Source: Actinomycetales bacterium (GTDB lineage: Bacteria > Actinomycetota > Actinomycetes > Actinomycetales > Microbacteriaceae). Taken from it: DNA of 64,000 nt. Positions 57,531-64,000 of the stretch are shown here, piece by piece (positions within the stretch are counted from its first letter, which is position 1; each line of letters starts with the position of its first letter). Position numbers and translations under genes: made by a program. Below the pieces are notes generated by a model. That model was not told the DNA's origin. It did no database searches and saw only the letters and a list, made by a program, of their open reading frames with translations. The stretch spans positions 26,452 to 90,451 of the forward strand of contig JAATGV010000041.1 in the NCBI GenBank assembly GCA_015654475.1. The letters run 5' to 3'.

Positions 57531-59042
57531 TTAGTACGTCACGGCGAGTTGTTCGGGGTCAACCTCGCCAGTACCGGACGAGTCGTCCGTCGTCACGATT
57601 TCGGGTGGACCGGCCTTCGCCGCCTTGATCATGAGCTTGAACTCGACGACGGCCAACGTGCCATAGGTGAGAGTGAAGAGAACCAGAGATATGGCGACGG
57701 CCCATGATGGGACTCCTGGTGACACCGCCGATTCGGTGGTCAATAGGCCAAACACTATCCATGGCTGTCGACCCATTTCAGTAAAGACCCAGCCGACCAA
57801 ACCGCCGGCAAGTGGCAGCCACGGGGTCCAGACAGCAAGCTTCCACGCCCATGGCTTGATGGTGGTGTAGTCGGTACCCTTGCGATTCAGCCACAGCGCC
57901 ACGACAGCGATCAGCGCAGCGAATGCACCGAAAAATATCATCCACCGGAACGACCAGTAGGTGATCCAGATCACGGGAGAGAACACACCCTCTGCCGGGC
58001 AGGTTTGAGCGGTGGGGATCAGGTTTCCGGCAAGGTCAGTGGCTCCAGTGCCACAGAACTTAGCTGTGTATTCTTCCTGAAGATTATTGATGCCTTCGAC
58101 CTGGGAGTTGAAATCACCCGTCGACAGCCAGGACAACAGGTTAGGGATCTTGATCGAGAACAGTTCGGACTTGCCATCGGGGGTGCCGATGGTCAGTAGA
58201 GAGAACGCGGCGGGCTGAGATGTTTCGAAGAGCCCCTCGGCCGCGGCCATCTTCATTGGTTGGGCTTGAACCATTGCTTTGCCAAGAGTGTCGCCACTGA
58301 TCGCAACGGCGATGAATCCGCCGATCACGGACCAGGCGCCGAACTTGACCGCGGTGAGCATTTCCTCCACATATTGGCGGCGCGCGAGATGATAAGCCGC
58401 AACCGCGATAATCACGGCACCACCGAACATGACACCGCCGAATACGGTGTGCGGGAATGCATTGAGGGCGATGGGGTTGGTCACCACCGCACCGATGTCC
58501 GTCAGCTCGGCGCGAAAGCTCTCGGCGTTGTAACTGAATCCTTGAGGGTTCTGCATGAAGGCGTTTGCGGCGAGGATGAAGAAAGCCGAGAGCCAGGATG
58601 CTGCCGCCATCAACCAAATGGATGCTAGGTGCGCGCGCTTGGAGAGACGGTTCCAGCCGAAGATCCAGACGCCGATGAAAGTGGCCTCGAGGAAGAATGC
58701 GAGCAGGCCTTCCATGGCCAGCGGCGCTCCGAAGATGTCGCCGACAAACCGCGAGTATGTGGACCAGTTCATGCCGAACTGGAACTCTTGGACGATGCCT
58801 GTGACGACCCCCATCGCAAAGTTGATCAAGAAAATCTTGCCGATCAGCTTGGTGAGCTTGAGATATTTGACCTTACCCGTGCGCACCCATGCCGTCTGCA
58901 AGACCGCCACGAGAAATGACAGCCCGAGGGTCAACGGAACGAAAAGATAGTGGTACAGCGTCGTCAATCCGAACTGCCACCGCGCCAATGCGAGGGCGAC
59001 GGTATCGACGTCGGCGTGAGCCACCAACAGTTGCGAGATCAT
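57531..59042 (-). CDS. cydA: cytochrome bd ubiquinol oxidase subunit I
   Basis: 503 aa with ALARWQFGLTTLYHYLFVPLTLG and the Q-loop region. Confidence 0.95.
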   Translation of the reverse strand: MISQLLVAHADVDTVALALARWQFGLTTLYHYLFVPLTLGLSFLVAVLQTAWVRTGKVKYLKLTKLIGKIFLINFAMGVVTGIVQEFQFGMNWSTYSRFVGDIFGAPLAMEGLLAFFLEATFIGVWIFGWNRLSKRAHLASIWLMAAASWLSAFFILAANAFMQNPQGFSYNAESFRAELTDIGAVVTNPIALNAFPHTVFGGVMFGGAVIIAVAAYHLARRQYVEEMLTAVKFGAWSVIGGFIAVAISGDTLGKAMVQAQPMKMAAAEGLFETSQPAAFSLLTIGTPDGKSELFSIKIPNLLSWLSTGDFNSQVEGINNLQEEYTAKFCGTGATDLAGNLIPTAQTCPAEGVFSPVIWITYWSFRWMIFFGAFAALIAVVALWLNRKGTDYTTIKPWAWKLAVWTPWLPLAGGLVGWVFTEMGRQPWIVFGLLTTESAVSPGVPSWAVAISLVLFTLTYGTLAVVEFKLMIKAAKAGPPEIVTTDDSSGTGEVDPEQLAVTY

Positions 59043-59240
59043 CCAGGGTCCTTAGCTTGATATGGACATCGTCTCGTCCACTTATCCGACACTTGTTGGA
59101 GACTTTACTCTCAAAATCAGACCGTCGCAAAGTAACGCTGGTAGGTAGTCGACAACCCGTTTGTGTCATTCCGAGGCCCGTCCCGATGCAGCCGCGCTCT
59201 TTCGTCAGGGACATGCCAAACGCCTCGGTTTTCTCCGGCA

Positions 59241-59249
59241 TGTTAGAAT
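59241..59249 (+). promoter_or_regulatory. extended -10-like box TGTTAGAAT upstream of the GntR gene
   Basis: Sequence match only, 40 nt upstream of GTG 59289. Confidence 0.3.
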
Positions 59250-59265
59250 TCCGAGCGGGAGCTAG

Positions 59266-59281
59266 TTTTTTTTGGGGGGGG
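59266..59281. repeat. Homopolymer junction T8G8
   Basis: TTTTTTTTGGGGGGGG read directly, 8 nt upstream of the GntR start and within the cydA upstream region. Confidence 0.9.
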
Positions 59282-59288
59282 CCTTAAG

Positions 59289-59948
59289 GTGTCATCTGTC
59301 AGCAAATCCTTTGTCGCGTACGGCTCGATCAAGGAGCAAATCATTTCTGGCGGCTATCCGGCGGGGGCGAAACTCGTCATCGCCAGAATCGCCGCTGAGC
59401 AAAATATGTCAACCATTCCGGTGCGAGAGGCGATCCGAATGCTCGAGGCCGAAGGCCTTGTGCACTTTAACCACAACCTCGGTGCCCAGGTCGCATCCGT
59501 CGATATGGATCGTGTGGCCGAGATGGGGCAATACGAATACATCCTCGAGAGCGCGGCGACCGCGCTTGCCGCACCTCGAATACATGCGGCGAGCATCCAG
59601 GCGCTCAAAGACCTCAACAGCCGCCTTCTGGAATGCGTATGTGAGAGCGAAATCGACATGTTCGCTTCCCTCAGCCAGCGTTTCCACCAAATGATCTGCT
59701 CATCGTGCCCCAACAGCTTCCTTCTCGAGAGGCTCACCGAGTCATGGGCGAAAGGAGTCTCGAGCCACAATGTGAGCGCAGCCAACATCGAGTATCGCGG
59801 CCGAGCGATTGTGGAAGAGCACGAGTCGTTGATCGCATTGATCGAGTCCCACGCCGACTACGATTCGATCTACAAGGCAAACCGAGCCCATCGTGAGCGC
59901 CTGCCAATGATTCCCCCGCACGTTTCACAAACCGTGCACACCAGGTAA
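59289..59948 (+). CDS. GntR-family transcriptional regulator (FadR/FCD subfamily)
   Basis: N-terminal wHTH IARIAAEQNMSTIPVREAIRMLEAEGLV followed by an all-helical C-terminal domain. Confidence 0.8.
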   Translation: MSSVSKSFVAYGSIKEQIISGGYPAGAKLVIARIAAEQNMSTIPVREAIRMLEAEGLVHFNHNLGAQVASVDMDRVAEMGQYEYILESAATALAAPRIHAASIQALKDLNSRLLECVCESEIDMFASLSQRFHQMICSSCPNSFLLERLTESWAKGVSSHNVSAANIEYRGRAIVEEHESLIALIESHADYDSIYKANRAHRERLPMIPPHVSQTVHTR

Positions 59949-59973
59949 CCATCCCGCCAGGGTTCCTACCGGA

Positions 59974-60022
59974 CCGAGCGAAACCCGACAGAATTCGACC
60001 TCATCTGTCGGGTTTTGCTCGG
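59974..60022. repeat. Hairpin copy of the GAGCAAAACCCGACAG family between convergent gntR and ackA; possible bidirectional terminator
   Basis: CCGAGCGAAACCCGACAGA-N11-TCTGTCGGGTTTTGCTCGG. Confidence 0.75.
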
Positions 60023-60078
60023 TTCAGGCTTTGGTGTGCTGCAGGGCTGACGAGTTTTACCTGGTCGGCTGGCTATTG

Positions 60079-61194
60079 CTACGCCGCAGGCAAAGACGCG
60101 AGAAGCGCACGAGCTTCACGAAGCATCGTCAAGTCTTCGCGTGTGCGCACAACCGCCATCGCGACTGCCGAATCCGGTGTAGTGAGAATCGAATCCATCT
60201 TGTTCGCATCGTTCAACTGCGTGTCGAGGGTCACTCCAAGGAAACGCAGGCGCTCCCCCAGCAGTTCGCGCACGTCTGGACCGTTTTCGCCAACACCGCC
60301 GCTGACCGCGATCACATCGACCCCGTTCATTGCCGCCGCCATCGACGCGATGAGGGCTGCAGTGCGGTGCTGCCACACGTTGATGGCAAGAATCGCCTTC
60401 TCGTCTCCCTCGCGATAGCGATCCATGACGTGCCCCATGTGATCGTCTCCGGCAAGGCCACGCAGGCCAGACTCGAATTCGAGCGAATACATGACCTCGT
60501 CGAGACTCGACCCGGACTGGTTCACGACCCACGGAATGATCTCTGGGTCGATGTTTCCTGACCTGCTCCCCATCACAAGACCTTCGAGAGGAGTGAGCCC
60601 CATTGTGGTGTCAACGCTCTTCCCCCCCTGGATCGCGCACAGCGAGGCGCCGGAGCCCAGGTGAGCGCTGACGATCTTGAGATCGTTGACGTCTTTCCCA
60701 AGGATCTCGGCCGCGGCCGTCGCGTTGTATGCGTGCGCAAGGCCGTGCGCGCCATAACGGCGTACCCGCAAGTCGGTACGCCACTTCTCGGGCACAGCAT
60801 AGGTGTGCGCTTCTTCGGGCATACCGAGATGGAAGGCGGAATCGAAGTGCACGATCTGCGTGACGTCTGGCAGTAGCGCGGTGGTGCGCTCAAGAGTGGC
60901 GATCGTCGGCGGCTGATGGAGGGGGGCGAGATCGGTCAGGCTGCGCACCTGCTCGATGACCTCCGGCGTCACGATACGCGGGCCATCGAAGATCCAGCCG
61001 CCCTGAACCACACGGTGCAGCACAACATCGAAGTCGCCCGATGCCTCACGAATTCCTGCGAAAAGCTCGGTCCACTGCTCGTCAGAGATGTTGGTCGGCG
61101 TCTGATTGATTTGGGTGTTGTATATGATCTCGTCACCGTCGGCGACACTGACTTTGAGGCTGCTCGAGCCTGAATTCATGACAAGCATGTGCAT
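60079..61194 (-). CDS. ackA: acetate kinase
   Basis: MHMLVMNSGSSSLK and HLGSGASLCA. Start at ATG 61194 with an AAGGAGAA RBS. Confidence 0.95.
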   Translation of the reverse strand: MHMLVMNSGSSSLKVSVADGDEIIYNTQINQTPTNISDEQWTELFAGIREASGDFDVVLHRVVQGGWIFDGPRIVTPEVIEQVRSLTDLAPLHQPPTIATLERTTALLPDVTQIVHFDSAFHLGMPEEAHTYAVPEKWRTDLRVRRYGAHGLAHAYNATAAAEILGKDVNDLKIVSAHLGSGASLCAIQGGKSVDTTMGLTPLEGLVMGSRSGNIDPEIIPWVVNQSGSSLDEVMYSLEFESGLRGLAGDDHMGHVMDRYREGDEKAILAINVWQHRTAALIASMAAAMNGVDVIAVSGGVGENGPDVRELLGERLRFLGVTLDTQLNDANKMDSILTTPDSAVAMAVVRTREDLTMLREARALLASLPAA

Positions 61195-61208
61195 TGCGGG
61201 GGTTCTCC

Positions 61209-63278
61209 TTATTGACCGGCTTGGATGGCTGTGATGACGATTGTGTTGATGACGTCTTCGACGGTGCACCCGCGCGAGAGGTCGTTGACTGGCTTGTTCA
61301 GGCCCTGCAACACCGGCCCGAGCGCCAAGGCTCCCGACGACTGCTGCACAGCCTTGTACGTGTTGTTTCCGGTATCGAGATCAGGGAACACGAACACTGT
61401 CGCGTTGCCCGCAACCGATGAGCCGGGAAGCTTGCTTCCGCCGATGGTCGGGTTGGATGCAGCATCATACTGAATCGGCCCGTCGACGTTGAGTTGGGGG
61501 TGCTTGGCCTTGACGAGTTCGGTGGCCTCACGGACCTTGTCCACCGATTGTCCATGCCCCGAGGTTCCTGTGGAATACGACAGCATCGCGACACGCGGCT
61601 CTATTCCGAACATCTCGGCGGTCGCGGCCGACGCGACGGCAATATCGGCGAGCTGCTCCGCGTTCGGATCCGGGTTGACTGCACAGTCGCCGTATACGAG
61701 GACTCGATCGGCGAGGCACATCAGGAAGACGGAAGACACGATCGCGGTGCCCGGCCGGGTCTTGATGATTTCAAACGATGGACGGATGGTGTGCGCTGTG
61801 GTGTGCGCGGCACCTGAGACCATGCCGCCGACCCTGCCCGTGTGCACCATCATGGTTCCGAAGTACGACACGTCGAGCATTGTCTCGAACGCGGCATCCT
61901 CCGTCACACCCTTGTGGGCACGGATGCGAGCGTATTCTTGCGCGAACTCGCGGCGAAGCGGAGAGGTTTCCGGATCGATGATGTCGATCCCAGTGATATC
62001 GATGCCTTCCTGCGTCGCAAGGCCACGGATCTCGTCCTCGTTGCCAAGCAGCGTCAGCGTCACCACATCACGCCGGTGCAGGTTCTCGGCCGCAGAAAGA
62101 ATACGAACGTCGTTGCCCTCTGGCAGCACGATGTGCGCTCGCCTGGAACGCGCGCGCTCCACAAGCGTGTACGTGAAGCGAAGCGGCGTCATCGTCGACG
62201 GTCTCGGAAGCGTAATGCGGGCGGCGATCTCATCCGCGTCGATGTTCGCATCCCACACACCGAGGGCGGTCGCGATTTTTCTGTCCGTCGATGTTCCGAT
62301 GTCAGTTCGCACCTGGCTGATGCGCTCGGCAGCCTCGTATGTGTCGTACGGCAGACTCAGCACGGGAAACTGTGCGCCAGAGAGAAGCCGCTGCTGCTTT
62401 TCTGACAGTGGGAACTGTCCGGTAAGCAGAAGAGCGGAGGGAGTCGGGAAGCCGCTCGACAGCGACGATGCCAGCGTGGCGAACATGATGTCGAGGCGAT
62501 CGCCCGGGCTCACCACGAAGGTTCCGTCTTCAATTTGATCGATGAAATTGTCGACCGTCATTGCGGCGACCTTCATCGACTTCACGTCGCGATTGAAGTC
62601 ACCAGGACCGGCAACGTATTCGGCACCAGTCTGGGCTTTGACCTCGGAGACCGAGGGCCATTTGAGTTCGGGTATCTCAGGGATGAAGTAGACAGGTCGC
62701 TTGCTCGCGCCGAGGTGGACGCGCTTCTCCAGCTCCGGAACCTTGGCTGCGTTCACGCGGCTGACGATGATGGCGAACACCTGACAGCCTGCATCGAGCA
62801 GATCGCGCCTTACCGCATCCACTTGACCAGCGGTCTCGTCAACGCTCTTGTGTTTGCCGTTGACGACTGCGACGACCGGCGTGCCAAGGTCGTTGGCGAG
62901 GTTCTGGTTGAACTCGTTCTCGATCGAGACATCGAACTCTGCGAGGTCTGAGCCTTCGACGAGTACAACGTCTGAGTTCGCGGCGATGTCGTTGTAGACC
63001 GCAAGGCAGCGTTCGGCAATGGCTTCACGATTGCCGGCACTCAGCAGTTCTGCGAACTCCGTTGCGCCTACCGCGCCACGGGCCTGGCCCTCGCTCAATC
63101 CAAATCGCCTCCGGATGAGCTTGAGCATGGGATCGTCTTCGGTGGACTCCGTTGAGGTGACTGGCCGAAAGTAGCCAACTCTGTCAACGCGCGAGAGCAG
63201 CATTTCAGCGAGACCCAAGCAGACGACCTTCTTGCCAGAAGCCTCCGCTGTCGACGTTACGTAAATACCAGTAGTCAC
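61209..63278 (-). CDS. pta: phosphate acetyltransferase (long form with N-terminal DRTGG/AAA-like domains)
   Basis: 689 aa. The C-terminal PTA_PTB domain shows AHTTAHTIRP and SRGCTVEDV. GTG start. Confidence 0.95.
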   Translation of the reverse strand: MTTGIYVTSTAEASGKKVVCLGLAEMLLSRVDRVGYFRPVTSTESTEDDPMLKLIRRRFGLSEGQARGAVGATEFAELLSAGNREAIAERCLAVYNDIAANSDVVLVEGSDLAEFDVSIENEFNQNLANDLGTPVVAVVNGKHKSVDETAGQVDAVRRDLLDAGCQVFAIIVSRVNAAKVPELEKRVHLGASKRPVYFIPEIPELKWPSVSEVKAQTGAEYVAGPGDFNRDVKSMKVAAMTVDNFIDQIEDGTFVVSPGDRLDIMFATLASSLSSGFPTPSALLLTGQFPLSEKQQRLLSGAQFPVLSLPYDTYEAAERISQVRTDIGTSTDRKIATALGVWDANIDADEIAARITLPRPSTMTPLRFTYTLVERARSRRAHIVLPEGNDVRILSAAENLHRRDVVTLTLLGNEDEIRGLATQEGIDITGIDIIDPETSPLRREFAQEYARIRAHKGVTEDAAFETMLDVSYFGTMMVHTGRVGGMVSGAAHTTAHTIRPSFEIIKTRPGTAIVSSVFLMCLADRVLVYGDCAVNPDPNAEQLADIAVASAATAEMFGIEPRVAMLSYSTGTSGHGQSVDKVREATELVKAKHPQLNVDGPIQYDAASNPTIGGSKLPGSSVAGNATVFVFPDLDTGNNTYKAVQQSSGALALGPVLQGLNKPVNDLSRGCTVEDVINTIVITAIQAGQ

Positions 63279-63463
63279 TTGCCTTCACCCGAGTTCGATC
63301 GTGTTGATTTGGCCTGTTCGATAGCCGAATTGGCCGCCTACTAGCCTATGGGAAGGCTGTGCTCTAGGAAAACCAATCGTGGATTCCTCTAAAACGATAC
63401 GCGACGTTCTGTAAAGAATAACGAATGATGGGGCGGTCGAGCCCTGCGCGCGCGAGCTCGGGC

Positions 63464-63504
63464 AAAAATACGAGGGAGTCCCGATCTGCACCAGGACTCC
63501 CTCG
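63464..63504 (-). terminator. rho-independent terminator after the YceI gene (11-bp stem CGAGGGAGTCC / GGACTCCCTCG followed by UAUUUUU)
   Basis: Perfect stem with a 12-nt loop, and a T-run on the minus strand (plus-strand AAAAATA at 63464-63470). Confidence 0.75.
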
Positions 63505-63550
63505 TCATGGAATATCAGCAGTGAGGCCGTATCCATAGACAGAATGACGA

Positions 63551-64000
63551 CTACTCGGCAGCCGCCTCAATTTCCAGGTGCACCGCAACGTTGGGACCAA
63601 GGAGCAGACCGCCGGTCTCAAGTGTCGTGTTGTATGTCAGCCCGAAGTCTTCACGGACGATAGTGGTTGAGCCTTCTGCGGCAGCGATGGTGCGACCGTA
63701 CGCATCCTTGGCCATGCCGCCAACCTCTACCTCGATTGAGATCGGCCGTGTCACTCCATGGACCGTCAAGTCGCCAGTCACCACGAAGTCGTCACCATTG
63801 TCGGCGATGGAAGTCGAGGCGAAGGTAATCGTGGGAAAGTTCTCGACGTCGAAGAAGTCGGCGCTGCGAAGGTGGTTGTCGCGATCTTTGACCTTGGTGT
63901 TGACGGATGCGGCCTGGATCTCGGCAGTGACGCTGGTTTCTTCCAACGTGCCGTCGCTCGTAATCTGGCCCGAGAAATCCTCGAACAGCCCCTTGACCTT
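63551..64000 (-). CDS. YceI-family protein (5' end beyond the window end)
   Basis: NHLRSADFFDVENFPTITFAST...VTGDLTVHGVTRPISIEV. The reading frame stays open to position 64000. Confidence 0.85.
   Translation of the reverse strand, partial: KVKGLFEDFSGQITSDGTLEETSVTAEIQAASVNTKVKDRDNHLRSADFFDVENFPTITFASTSIADNGDDFVVTGDLTVHGVTRPISIEVEVGGMAKDAYGRTIAAAEGSTTIVREDFGLTYNTTLETGGLLLGPNVAVHLEIEAAAE

Noticed and set aside
63285-63536. 83 aa minus-strand ORF between pta and the YceI gene
   Set aside because: It covers the pta promoter region and the YceI terminator hairpin, has no RBS, and has low-GC third positions. It is most likely non-coding.

Overview
High-GC actinobacterial chromosome segment. Gene content and order suggest Actinomycetota, possibly Microbacteriaceae, but that is inference only. 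About 50 protein genes, mostly conserved housekeeping and mostly on the minus strand: dnaG-dgt-dus, glyQS, a DEAD-box helicase, uppS-recO, ppc, leuA, era-CNNM-ybeY-phoH-HIT-rsmE-dnaJ-hrcA, hemW-lepA, rpsT, holA-comEC-comEA, leuS, cydABDC and pta-ackA. I found no tRNA, rRNA, CRISPR array, transposase or integrase. Accessory-looking parts are a DUF559 gene, a PadR + ABC ATPase + FtsX permease unit, a HipBA toxin-antitoxin pair, two DUF4870 paralogs, a secreted alkaline phosphatase with Ig-like domains, and a GNAT / SIS / NSAR-OSBS enolase / class-IV aminotransferase operon divergent from an M20 hydrolase. I did not recognise a convincing new multi-gene system such as a defence island. The least explained signal is non-coding: at least three families of short palindromic, MITE/REP-like repeats. 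One has TGCAGACGCCCCCAC termini, one starts GCTAACAGAGGAA, and one has the core GAGCAAAACCCGACAG. They fill the long intergenic gaps together with locus-specific tandem repeats and a G-rich tract. Other points to check: cydD has its conserved N-terminus upstream of any in-frame canonical start, with an out-of-frame ATG placed where a start is expected. There is a Leu-codon leader ORF with alternative hairpins upstream of leuA, a double palindromic operator before padR, a T8G8 tract in the cydA/gntR promoter region, and a small Cys-containing ORF coupled to dsbA. All functional calls rest on reading the translated ORFs and motifs by eye; no database search was run.
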